A stretch of DNA of 32,000 nt, taken from sequence record CP166271.1. One strand, given 5' to 3'. Below, one piece after another: positions 12,377-23,176 of the stretch (position 1 is its first letter; the number at the start of each line of letters is the position of its first letter). The notes beneath the pieces are model-generated. The model saw only the letters and a program-made list of their open reading frames with translations, was not told the DNA's origin and did no database searches. The position numbers and the translations under genes were made by a program.

Positions 12377-13544
12377 TTATTTAAACTGATTAAATTTAGT
12401 TAATTCAATTAAACTATTTTCTAATAAACTAATAACAGGTACTATTACTAAAAAATGTGCAAAAATAAATAACAGTACTTATTTGTCCAAATTCAATAAA
12501 TGGAGATTCAACGTGTTTAGCTCCTAAAACCATTAATAATAAAAAGTTTGCAATAAATATATAGAAAGCTATTTTACTTAAGGGTCTAAATTGTATACCT
12601 CTACTTCTACTTAAATCTGTAAATGGCATAGCTAATAAGATTAATATAGCACTAAACATAGCAATAACACCTAGTAATTTATTAGGTATACTTCTTAATA
12701 TAGCGTAGAAAGGTAAAAGATATCACTCAGGTACAATGGCAGGTGGAGTTTGCATAGGGTTAGCCATAACATAGTTTTCACTGTCACCTAAAGCATTAGG
12801 CATAAAGAATACAAATAAACTTAAAACTATAATAAATATGAAAATAGTAATTAAATCTTTAAATAAGAAATAAGGAGCAAAAGGTAATCTATCATAATTA
12901 CCAGATACACCTAAAGGATTACCTGAACCTGCACTATCATGTAATGCAATTAAGTGCATTAAAGCTAGTGCGGCTAAAACAAAAGGTAGTACAAAATGTA
13001 AAGCAAAGAATCTATTTAAAGTAGCATTATTAACAGAAAAACCACCTCATATAAATTCAACAATATCTTGTCCAACTCATGGTATAGCACTCATAAGATT
13101 AGTAATAACTGTAGCACCTCATAAACTCATTTGACCATATGGTAATACATAACCTAGGAAACCTGTAGCCATCATGAGTAAGAATATTACTGTACCTATA
13201 GTCCATACTAATGTTCTAGGTGATCTGTATGATCCGTAATATAAACCTCTACCTATATGTAGATAAACCAAAAAGAAAAAAGCTGAAGCTGTATTACTGT
13301 GTAAATAACGTATTAATCATCCATTATTTACATCACGCATGATATGTTCTACTGAATTAAACGCTTCTAGTACACTAGGATTGTAATGCATAGCTAAAGT
13401 TACACCTGTAATTATTTGTATAACTAGACAAACAGCTAATAATGAACCAAAATTTCATAAATAACTTAAGTTAGATGGTTGTGATGAATCAATTATATAG
13501 GAATTAACTAACTTTAATAGGGGATGACTTTTTAAAATTCTCAT
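12377..13544 (-). CDS. cob: Apocytochrome b (no introns); one apparent homopolymer frameshift near the 3' end
   Basis: The protein reads [36 protein letters not shown]...[11 protein letters not shown]...WGATVITNL...[31 protein letters not shown]... (ORFs 12723..12959 and 12429..12659). The frame is lost at the A5 run 12461..12465. After correction it reads ...[29 protein letters not shown] with TAA at 12377..12379. Length 1168 nt equals 3n+1. Confidence 0.95.
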
Positions 13545-13682
13545 TTTTTTTTTTTGATTTTTTTTTATTTTTTAAATGTCAAAAAGGGGGGATAATATAA
13601 ATATATATGTTAATATATTCGTTATCTAATAAGTTAAATTAAACTATACTATAAATAAAAAACTATATTTAAAAATAGTTTT

Positions 13683-13766
13683 AGGAAGAAAAGGACTTGA
13701 ACCTTTGACAATGATTAATCATTGATTTTTAATATAAATCCGTCATACCTACAAACGGAACCTTCC
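13683..13766 (-). tRNA. tRNA-like paralogue of trnY carrying a UAA (Leu-type) anticodon triplet; functional status uncertain
   Basis: It is 84 nt, the same length as trnY. It is identical to trnY over the 5' 27 nt (acceptor and D arm), and the 3' acceptor/T-arm module matches except one base in the T stem. The anticodon arm (TTTAT-ATTAAAA-ATCAA, one mismatch) and variable arm (TGATTAATCA hairpin) differ. A canonical trnL(UAA) already exists at 24499..24580. Confidence 0.5.
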
Positions 13767-13916
13767 CCTTTTTTTATTAGTGCTAATACCCTAATTCATA
13801 GGGTATAGTCTATTAATACTATTTTGTTTAAAATATTTTAAACAAAGTAAAAATTAACTTTTGTTTTTAAATATACTTATTGTAAAATATTTTTCTTTTT
13901 ATTAAAAATATTAGAA

Positions 13917-15954
13917 CTATTTACTATTGATTATATTTGTATTTTTTACACCATGGAAATCTACTAAAGTAGTTAAGGATAACATAATTAATATAAGTAA
14001 ACTATTTTCGGCTAATGATAAATAAGGTATTAAAACATAGAAAAGAAGACCAATTAATATATACAAAGCATAACTAGTTATTATACCTTTATCTAAATTA
14101 GCTATAGTTCTACTTAAATTTATTAAGCCTTTTTCTAAACCATATGGTCCTAATAATTCTACGCTTCCTTTATCTAAAATTTTAGTTGTTTGACCCCTAA
14201 CATTAAAACAAAATTTGTTATATATCTATTATATAATAATTCAATGAAGAAACGTTGATTAAAGAATCCGAATATATTATAACCTAATCTAGAAAATTTA
14301 AAACTAGAAATAAATTTAGGTAAGAATTCTGAAATTATTATAGCTATAATACTAAGAGATATAGTGAAAAATAAAGGTAATAATTTAAATAAAGTAGGTA
14401 CAGCAAATTCTGTGTCTAACAATATTTCATGATTAGGGTGGATAAATAGACTATTATCTGAAAAGAATACTGAACCCAATCCAATAAATATATCTTTACT
14501 AATATAACCAAATATAATAGAAAATACAGCTAAAATGATTAAAGGTAAACTCATAAAAATATCACCTTCATGAGCTATTTTAGTATTTAAATTTATTTTA
14601 TCATTTATAGTTTGTTCATGTTTATAATTAATTAATGGCCCGTTAGGATTACTTAAAAAAGTTAAATATAAAACTTTAACAGAATATAAAGTAGTAAACA
14701 TAGCACCAATAGATGCTATAAAATAAACTACTGTACCGCTAAAATAAAATTGACCATAAGCAGATTCTAGTATAAAATCTTTACTATAAAATCCTGTCAT
14801 AAAAGGGAAAGCTACTAAACTAAGACTTGCTATTAACATTACAGAATAAGTTAAAGGTAAAAAAGGTTTTAGTCCACCATATTTTCTAAAGTCTTGGTTA
14901 TCAGCAACTGCATGAATAACAGCACCTGCACCTAAAAATAACAATGCTTTATAAAAAGCATGATTTACTAAGTGAAATAAAGCTACATTATATGAAGATA
15001 GTCCTACTGCAATAACCATCATCCCTAATTGACTCATAGTAGAATAAGCGATAACTTTTTTAATATCTTGTTGGAATAATCCAATAAGAGAGCTAAAAAC
15101 AGTAGTTATAGCACCTGATCATAAACATATCATTAAAACAGTTGAACTATGTTCTATTAAAGGGCTTGTACGTATTAATAAATACACACCAGCTGTAACC
15201 ATAGTTGCAGCGTGGATTAAGGCACTAACAGGTGTGGGACCTTCCATTGCCATAGGTAATCAAACATGTAAACCAACTTGAGCACTTTTAGCCATAGCAC
15301 CTATAAATAAACATATACCTATAATTGTAACTATGTCCTCATTAACAAAAGGTGCTAATGAAAATACTGTACTATAATCAAGATTACCAAATGATCAAAC
15401 TATAGCAAACATACCTATAGTTAAAAAACAATCACCCACTCTATTAGTTAAGAAAGCAGACATAGAACTTTGATTTGCAGCTATTCTAGTAAACCAGAAA
15501 CTTACTAAAAGATACGAACAAATTCCTACACCTTCTCATCCTACAAACATTAATAAGAAACTATTAGCTGTAACAAGTATAATCATCATAAAGGTGAATA
15601 AACTTAAATAACTAAAAAATCTTTGATTATGGGGATCATGACTCATGTATCCTATAGAATAAATATGTACCAATGAACTAACAATTAAAACAGGTATTAA
15701 CATAGATACTGTTAAACTATCAAAATGGAAACTTCATAATACATCCAGTGATTCACTATCAATTCATCTAAATAGATTTATTGAGACAGGTATGTTATTT
15801 AAACCTACTTCAAAAAAAGCTACGATTGCTAATAAAGTTGTTACAATTACACATGTACATGTAATTATTTGTGCTCCGCTAACTCCAACTTTTCTACCAA
15901 AAAGCCGGAAACTATTGATCCTAATAATGGTAAAGTAATTATAGCTAAATACAT
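13917..15954 (-). CDS. nad5: NADH dehydrogenase subunit 5; two apparent homopolymer frameshifts
   Basis: The protein starts [18 protein letters not shown].., continues ...[24 protein letters not shown]...[43 protein letters not shown]... and then ORF 14174..15037. Frame breaks occur at the A5 run 15899..15903 and the C4 run 14194..14197. TAG lies at 13917..13919. Length 2038 nt equals 3n+1, consistent with two missing bases. Confidence 0.94.
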
Positions 15955-16223
15955 TATTTATATTCTATTGCGATGCTTCCTCTTAATCTATAAAATGCAA
16001 CTAGAATACCTAAACCAATTGCTGATTCTGCACCAGCTATAGCTATTATGTATATAGCATACGTTTGGCCTAATATATCATCAAAGCTAAGTGAACTTAT
16101 CAATATTAAAAATGTAATAGCTAATAACATTATTTCAATTGAAATAAGCATTAATATTATATTTTTTCTATTTAATACGAAACCTATAATTCCGATTAAA
16201 AAAAGTATTAAGGTTAAATTCAT
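15954..16223 (-). CDS. nad4L: NADH dehydrogenase subunit 4L (89 codons from the internal ATG of ORF 15954..16271)
   Basis: [89 protein letters not shown]. The TAA stop shares one base (15954) with the nad5 ATG, the usual nad4L/nad5 overlap in this fungal group. Confidence 0.9.
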   Translation of the reverse strand: MNLTLILFLIGIIGFVLNRKNIILMLISIEIMLLAITFLILISSLSFDDILGQTYAIYIIAIAGAESAIGLGILVAFYRLRGSIAIEYK

Positions 16224-16531
16224 TGTATATTTTTTTTCACAATTATATTTAAAGGCTTTATTATAAATCATTAAAGTTTATAATTTATCATTTCTTCCTT
16301 AATTTCCTTAAAGCTTCTTTTTAGTTTAAGCATATAAGGGATAAGTCTGGTTATATAACCAACTAATTAGTAGTAAGATAAAAAAATGGAAAAAACAGTA
16401 ATTTAGTATTATTAATTGAAAAAACTATAGTGTATACTAGTATATGGTTTGTTATATGTTGTTTAATAGATTATTGTAAAAATTTTAGAATATAAAATAT
16501 CTTAAAGATATTTTATATTTTTATAAAGGCA

Positions 16532-17290
16532 TTATTGTTCTTCTAGTCATGTAAGGAATTTTTCTATTGAAACTGATTCTATTACTATAGGCATAGAACT
16601 ATGTAAAATACCACATATTTCTGAACATTGTCCATAAAATGTACCTTCTCTATTAATAAGAACAGATACTTGATTTAATCTACCTGGGTAAGCGTCACAT
16701 TTAATACCTAAAGCAGGACAAGCGAAAGAATGTATAACATCTGCTGCGGTTACTATAAATCTTACATGTGTTAATTCTGGAAGAATAACTCTATTATCTA
16801 CTTCTAACATTCTTAATGCTCCATCATCTAAGTCTGATTCTGGTACTAAATAAGAATCAAATTCTATAAATTCATCATCCGAATTTAAGAAATCAGGATA
16901 TTGATAACTTCAATATCATTGATGACCTTCGGCTAATACTGACATAGCTGGATCACTTACTTCATCCATTAAATATAGTAATTTAAATGAAGGGAAAGCA
17001 ATTAAGATTAAAATTAATGCAGGTGTAATTGTTCATATTAATTCTATTAATGTTCCATGATTTAAATATTTATGTGATATTGGTGATTTAACACTTGTAT
17101 AATTTCTTACAATAGATATCATAATTCAACCTACACCAAATAATATAATAACTAAATAAAACATAATATTATCATGTAATTCTACTAATCCTTCCATTTG
17201 TGGAGTAGCACTATCTTGAAAATAAAGACCTCAAGGTCTAGGGGTATCACAATTATTATAAAATATAATTGAACTTATATAGTTTATCAT
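16532..17290 (-). CDS. cox2: Cytochrome c oxidase subunit 2
   Basis: The protein reads [46 protein letters not shown]...GHQWYWSYQYPDF...[12 protein letters not shown]...[21 protein letters not shown]...[33 protein letters not shown]. The 759 nt are in frame, with TGA=Trp. Confidence 0.95.
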
Positions 17291-17515
17291 TTATCTTTTT
17301 TTTTTGATTTTTTTTCAATAATTTAATTAAATTATTAACATAATATATTTATGTTTAATATTAATCTAAAATTGAAAACCGTTAAATAGTGTGTACTATT
17401 ATAGAATAAAATCTACAATAGTACAAAGTTTTTATAGGGATAAAATTATTTGTTATATACTTTGTTATAACAAATAATTTTTGTATGTCTTATTAAGAGA
17501 TTGTTAAAGGTAATA

Positions 17516-17902
17516 TTATTGTATTTTTTTAGATTTAAATAATGTATACGTTTGTCTACTATCTATTTTTAATGCATTTTTACCCAATTCAAACGCAAAT
17601 CCTAATGTTAATACTAAAAAAATATTAACATAATAACTAAACCATATATACTATTTGTATATGCACTTACTACATAAGGATATACTAAAAGAATTTCTAA
17701 ATCAAATAATAAAAATAAAAGTGCAAATATAAAAAAAGAAATACTGAATTGTGTTCTATTTTGACCTAAAAAGAATGAAAACCACATTCAAAAACACTAT
17801 CTTTTTCTCCGTAAGGGTTATGTGGAGCAAATATAAAATTAACTGCTAATAATATAACTGCTAATATAGGTATAAATAAAAAGAAAAAGTAGTACTTGTC
17901 AT
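17516..17902 (-). CDS. nad3: NADH dehydrogenase subunit 3; three apparent homopolymer frameshifts
   Basis: Conserved blocks ..[23 protein letters not shown] / [37 protein letters not shown].. / ..[22 protein letters not shown].. lie in three different frames. They are separated by A5, A5 and A7 runs (about 17884..17888, 17768..17772 and 17616..17622). The ATG at 17902 directly follows the nad2 TAA. Confidence 0.88.
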
Positions 17903-19591
17903 TTAAGAATTAAATAATATTAGCGATAATATGTTAGCCATATTAAATCACTCTTGAGGTATTAAAATAAATAAAAGTATTACTAATGTTAAAATAGAAA
18001 TAGTTATAGTTAAATAACTAGATAATTTAATATCTTTAGTACTTAAACTTAATTCCTCTATAAAAATTTCCTCTTTAGCTACATTTGCATTCATTTTAAC
18101 ATTAGATAATTTTGAATTAATTACATAATCTGTTTTATCAAAATATACTTGTTTTATTATATTTAAATAATAAACAGCACTAATTACACTAGTTAATATA
18201 GCAATTAATGTCAAGAAAATATAACCATTATCTAAAGCAGCACTTAATACCATCTGTTTTGCAAAAATCCAATAAGAGGAGGTATACCTACAAAAGAAAA
18301 TATAGTAATAGTAAAACTTAAAGATAAGACTGGGTTAATATAAAAATAACCTTTCAATTGACTTATTAATTGTATAGGTGAATTGTTTTTTCTGGTAATT
18401 CTTTATACTCATCACTATTATTTACATAAAAATATAATGAATATCCTATACTAATTAGTATAATGAACGCATTTAAATTACTTATTGAATATTGCATTAA
18501 ATAAAATATAAATGCTTGTATTGATTCTATACTATTAATGCTTAAAGCTAATAATATAAAACCTATATGGCTTATAGTACTAAACGCAAATAATCTTTTT
18601 ATTCTAGATTGAGTTAAACCTAATACTGAACCTATAATTAATGATAATAAAGAACTAACTAATAAACTAATAGTTCAAGTAAACTCAAAATTAAATAATG
18701 AATTACTTGTATAATGAACTAATTCTAATAAAAAAATAAATATAGAAATTTTAGCTACTATTGCTACAAAAGTTGTAACTATTGTAGGTATAGCATCATA
18801 AACACCTGGAGATCAAAAATGGAATGGAGCAGCACTAATTTTAAATAAGAAACCTACACTTAATATCAATAAAGAATAATTTATGTAGTCAGGTTTATAT
18901 GAATGTAAAATATTATTATTTGTCTCATTAGCAAGATCACTTAAACTAGTAATTACATATAATCCATCCAAATTAGTTGTACCTGAATTAGAGTAAAGTA
19001 AACTACTACCCAATAATATAAAACAAGAACTTAAACCACCTAATAAAAAATATGTAAGACCACCCGATGTTGCTAACTCTGAATTTCTGTATATTGTACT
19101 AAGTAAATACAACCCATAACTTTGTAATTCAATAGATAAAAATACTGAAACCAAATCACTAGTTGATACTAAAAATACTGCACCACATACAATAAATAAT
19201 AGGATTAAAGGATATTCTATAATTTTGAACTGTTCTCCCATTTTATTTAATATTTTGGTTTTATTAAATAAAAATTCGTATGAAAAGAGTTTGTTTATAT
19301 ATGAGTATTTTGTCAATCAAACTCTTCTAGGATAAAAAGCAGTTAATTGTATTATAAGAATACAAATAAAAAAATAAATATCTGAAATATTTGTGTTAAA
19401 CCTGTTGCATGAAATAAACCCCCGTATAAAGCAATACCTCTATTTAAAGGTGTAATAAATAAACTAGTAAAAGCATTAAAAGAAGAATATAGTAGTATAA
19501 TTATAGCTGCACGGCTATATAATATAGATTTATCTCGTCTGAGAGTAACGGCGTTCGATAATAATAATAATAATATTGAAATAATTAACAT
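17903..19591 (-). CDS. nad2: NADH dehydrogenase subunit 2; three apparent homopolymer frameshifts
   Basis: ORFs 19352..19591, 18813..19316 and 17948..18253 plus intervening TGA-containing segments read as Nad2 (...[16 protein letters not shown]...[36 protein letters not shown]...[14 protein letters not shown]...[19 protein letters not shown]...). Frame breaks occur at 19368..19374 (A7), 18386..18391 (T6) and 18263..18267 (A5). TAA lies at 17903..17905. Confidence 0.92.
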
Positions 19592-19593
19592 GT

Positions 19594-19659
19594 AAAGAAG
19601 AAAAAGACTTGAACTTTTATAACTAAATTTTTAGTGCTTTATCTTTAAGCTATCTTCTT
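19594..19659 (-). other. tRNA-like element E2 with truncated anticodon arm, ending 2 nt upstream of the nad2 ATG
   Basis: Reverse complement AAGAAGATAGCTTAAAGATAAAGCACTAAAAATTTAGTTATAAAAGTTCAAGTCTTTTTCTTCTTT. The acceptor (AAGAAGA/TCTTCTT), D arm (GCTT-AAAGATA-AAGC) and T arm (AAAAG-TTCAAGT-CTTTT) are perfect. Only 17 nt lie between the D and T stems, and CTAAA-AA-TTTAG forms a mini-hairpin, so no 7 nt anticodon loop is possible. Confidence 0.55.
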
Positions 19660-19783
19660 AGGTTTTTTATTATTAAACCAAAATAATTTAAAGTAAAATT
19701 TTACTTTAAATTATTTTAATCCTAGGCTAATATAAACTATATTAAAAACTATCGTTTTTAATATAATTTAATTGCCCTATTAT

Positions 19784-20560
19784 TTAATGTAAGTCTAAGG
19801 CGTCTTTTATATATGAACTTGTTAATACCACAAAAACTTGAGCTTGTATAAATGCAATAGCTAATTCTAAACCAGAAAATGCTATAATAAAAGATAAAGG
19901 TATTAACCCTAAAAAGAAAAATATAAACCCACTAGTCATAATATTATAAGTGAAACCTGATAAAATATTTAATAACATATGTCCACTAAGAATATTGGCA
20001 CCTAATCTAAGACCCAAAGAAACATTTCTAGATAAATAAGAAATAAATTCTATTAATACTAATAAAGGTAATAAAGCCAATGGACAACCAGCAGGTACCA
20101 ATAAAGAAAAGAACTCTAAACCATGTTTTTGGAATCCTATTATTGTAGCACCTAAAACTACTGTAAAACTAAGTGCAAATGTAAATGCAAAATGACTAGT
20201 TGATGCAAAGCTATAAGGTATCATACCTATTAAATTATTAATTAATATGAATACGAATAATGTATAAATAAAAGGAAAATAAATTTGTCCTTTTTTAGAG
20301 TTAATTTGATTTGTAACAATACTATGTAAAGTAGCATATATTGATTCTTGACTTATAGATCAATTATTACTTAAAACTTTGTTATAATTAGTTGCTAAAA
20401 TATTAGAAAACAATACAAATAAAGTACCTATTGTTAAATAGAAACCAATATTAGTAATAGATATGTGTAAATTACCAAATATAGGGGCATCTAAGCTTAA
20501 AAAATTTCTTATCTCGAATTGATCTAATGGACTAGTAATAAAAGTATGTAATTTTGTCAT
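19784..20560 (-). CDS. atp6: ATP synthase F0 subunit a (subunit 6)
   Basis: MTKLHTFITSPLDQFEIRNF...(TGA=Trp)...GMIPYSFASTSHFAFTFALSF...LLVLIEFISYLSRNVSLGLRLGANILSGHMLL...LELAIAFIQAQVFVVLTSSYIKDALDLH*. The 777 nt are in frame. Confidence 0.95.
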
Positions 20561-20642
20561 AATTTTTATTTTTATTTTTTAAATAATTAAAACTATTTTA
20601 TATAGTGTTTAGTATAAAAGGTTAGGTAAAATCCTTTGTAAT

Positions 20643-21725
20643 CTATAATAAACTAATATTGCTAGGTATAAATTCAAAACTATATAAAATACAAGGAATT
20701 AAAACAATAAAAGCAACAACAATAGGTAATAAAACAGTTCAGCAAAATGACATTAGTTGATCAAAACGTATTCTAGGGAATGAAGCTCTAGCTCATATAA
20801 AAATAAAAATCATAATACAAGATTTAATACCTATAGCTAAACCATATAATAATCCTTCTATTAAAGGATATGAAAATAAACTATCATTATCTAAATTATT
20901 GATATAATAATCGAAATCAAAGTATTGTATTATTCAAAAGAATGATATGTAATTATATAAATAACCCCTAAAAATAAAATGCTAGATAATATACAAATTA
21001 AAACAATACTAGCATATTCGGCTAAAAAGAAAAAAACAAAAATAACAGCAGCATGTTCTGTCATAAAACCACTAACAAGTTCTGATTCAGCCTCAGCTAA
21101 ATCAAAAGGAGCTCTATTAGTTTCAGCTATAGATCCTATAAAAAATATAATAAAAATAGGAAATAAAGGTACTATAAATCATATAGCTCTTTGGGCTTCA
21201 ATAATAACAGTAATATTTAGGCTACCTGTTAACATCACTACAAGTAATATAGCAGAACTTAAAATTAATTCATAACTTATTAATTGTGCTGTACTTCTAA
21301 GTGATCCTAAGAAAGCGTACTTACTATTAGCACTTCAACCTGCTAACAATATACCATATGTAGCTAAAGAAGAAACTGCCAACATATAAAGTATACCTAA
21401 ATTTAAATCACTTAAAGCTAAACCAGGACCATAAGGTATAACTAAATAACCTAATAATGAAAATATTAATGTTATTATTGGACCAAGGAAAAATAAAATT
21501 ATGTTAGCCTGTGTAGGTGAAACATATTCTTTTAAAAGAAGCTTTAAAGCATCAGCAAAAGCTTGTAAAAGTCCGTAATATCCTACCATATTAGGACCTA
21601 ATCTTCTCTGCATACTAGCCATTGTTTTCCTTTTCTGCTACAGTTACATAAGCTACAGTTAATAAAACAGGCACGCTTATTAATAAAACTTCTATAATGG
21701 AGATTATTGTAGGTATATATACCAT
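20643..21725 (-). CDS. nad1: NADH dehydrogenase subunit 1; two apparent compensating homopolymer frameshifts
   Basis: The protein starts [31 protein letters not shown].., then ORF 21335..21622 ([29 protein letters not shown]...), then ...[26 protein letters not shown]...[24 protein letters not shown]...*. Frame breaks occur at 21631..21634 (one extra base relative to [13 protein letters not shown]) and at the C4 run 20965..20968 (one base short). TAG lies at 20643..20645. Confidence 0.93.
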
Positions 21726-21929
21726 ATTAATATTATTACTAATAAAAATATTATTTAATAAAAAAAAAATATTACTTTTTTTTACTATATATATTTTTTT
21801 TTTAAATAACCATATAACATCTTATATTATGTTAATACAAATTATCTATTATAAATTACTAAATAAAAACTTGTATTGTTTGACCAAATAGACAAATATA
21901 ATACAAATTATATAAATAAGACTAATCGT

Positions 21930-22000
21930 ATTCTCATCCAAGATTTGAACTTGGACCTAGATATTAGAAGTATCCTGCTCTACCATTAAGCTAATAAGAG
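21930..22000 (-). tRNA. trnR: tRNA-Arg (UCU)
   Basis: Anticodon stem GGATA/TATCT with loop CTTCTAA, D arm GCTT/GAGC, T arm CCAAG-TTCAAAT-CTTGG. The first acceptor pair is mismatched. Confidence 0.8.
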
Positions 22001-22099
22001 TAAATATATATTTGCATGTTAGGAATAATAAATATTAACTCCTTTCTTAGAGTTTGTTGTTATTTTTAAAAAATAATATATTCAACGACTTTATATAAA

Positions 22100-22170
22100 A
22101 TACATGTATAAGATTTGAACTTACATTATTGTAGCCGTAATACAATGCTCTACCATTAAGCTAACACGCA
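22100..22170 (-). tRNA. trnR: tRNA-Arg (ACG)
   Basis: Acceptor TGCGTGT/ACATGTA (with G-U pairs), anticodon stem TTGTA/TACAA with loop TTACGGC, T-loop TTCAAAT. Confidence 0.82.
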
Positions 22171-22235
22171 TAAAAAAAAAATACTTATAAAGTAAAAAAG
22201 AATAAACATAGTAATAGTATATAATCTAGTATTTT

Positions 22236-22309
22236 CAGAGATAGGGAGGAATTGAACCCCTTATTTAAGATCTGCAATCAAAACGTAGAACCATCTACAG
22301 CCTATCTCT
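22236..22309 (-). tRNA. trnC: tRNA-Cys (GCA), weak anticodon stem
   Basis: Acceptor AGAGATA/TATCTCT, anticodon loop TTGCAGA, T arm AGGGG-TTCAATT-CCTCC. The anticodon stem has two internal mismatches. Confidence 0.68.
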
Positions 22310-22378
22310 ATATATTTATATATAAATACATATACTTATATATATAAACTAATTTTTTTTCGAATAAAAAGTTATTCA

Positions 22379-23163
22379 TTATTTTTTTTTATTAATCTCA
22401 ATTTGTATAAATTCTATTCTAGAAAGTAAAAGTGTTGCTCTTGCTTCTGCTCTAATTCTATTTTTATTTAATTCTTCTAAATCAGACATTATTGTAGCTT
22501 TTAATCTAATATCGTAAGCAGTAGTAGGTGTTTCAGGCACTTTTGATAACATATTTTGAGCAAAACCAGTTTTTTTATTCATCATTTCTATAAGTTTTAA
22601 ATTATTATTTCTTTGTTCTATTGCAGTTTCTAGATCCATTTTTTTAAATTGATTTAAAATGTGTGAATTATAATCAATATGTTGACATATTTCGTCACGT
22701 ATTGGTACTTCACCTCCAGGTACATTAAAACCCGGACCAGGGTTAACTTTTTCGGGAAAAAAACATTAGCTGGATCTATATCAGGAAAAACTTTTTTCAA
22801 ATTGAAAAAGGTGGTTCTGTAGCTTGAGGCATAGCAGGAATTATACATTTTTTTATCTAAAAGTTTACTGTTATCATTCGTACTTTCCGTTTTCTGTACA
22901 TTTTTATCGCCATAATAATTAGGATGCGATTCTAAATCTACACCTTTCCCTTTATCTAAAGATTTACCTGAATTATCATCATCTATATCCATATCCATAG
23001 GGTTGTATAATTTGGGTTTAAAATTACCTAAATTAACATCATCCCCAATTTTATGTGTTTTTAAACCAAACAATAATTGATGTAAATTTAAATTAAAACT
23101 TCTCGTATCTAAATATAAGGAAAATATATCTTTAAAACAAGTATTACTTGTTCAACTTAACAT
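22379..23163 (-). CDS. Unidentified ORF (about 261 codons after joining ORF-track pieces 22654..23073 and 22379..22639); largely hydrophilic; no family recognised
   Basis: The ATG at 23163 gives MLSWTSNTCFKDIFSLYLDTRSFNLNLHQLLFGLKTHKIGDDVNLGNFKPKLYNPMDMDIDDDNSGKSLDKGKGVDLESHPNYYGDKNVQKTESTNDNSKLLDKK.... The downstream frame is open from 22758 and reads ..PEKVNPGPGFNVPGGEVPIRDEICQHIDYNSHILNQFKKMDLETAIEQRNNNLK...RIRAEARATLLLSRIEFIQIEINKKK*. The two frames meet at an A7 run on the plus strand (T7 on the coding strand) near 22759..22765, the same error type seen in core genes. It uses TGA as a sense codon. Confidence 0.6.
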
Positions 23164-23176
23164 ACCAAGAAGAAAA

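Noticed and set aside
16048-16266. 72 aa plus-strand ORF antisense to nad4L; likewise 20979..21275 (+) antisense to nad1 and 21697..21891 (+) in the AT-rich spacer upstream of nad1
   Set aside because: Every identifiable gene is on the minus strand. These are low-complexity Ile/Leu/Lys/Asn strings typical of random frames in AT-rich DNA or antisense to real genes.
15954-16271. Longer 105-codon version of nad4L starting at the upstream ATG (MIYNKAFKYNCEKKYT...)
   Set aside because: The 16 extra residues are hydrophilic and unlike Nad4L. The internal ATG at 16223 gives the canonical 89-residue protein beginning [11 protein letters not shown].
22776-22832. ATG-CCT-CAA (MPQ...) start as a candidate atp8
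   Set aside because: The frame encodes MPQATEPPFSIWKKFFLI*, only 18 residues with no transmembrane helix. It lies out of frame inside the larger unidentified ORF.
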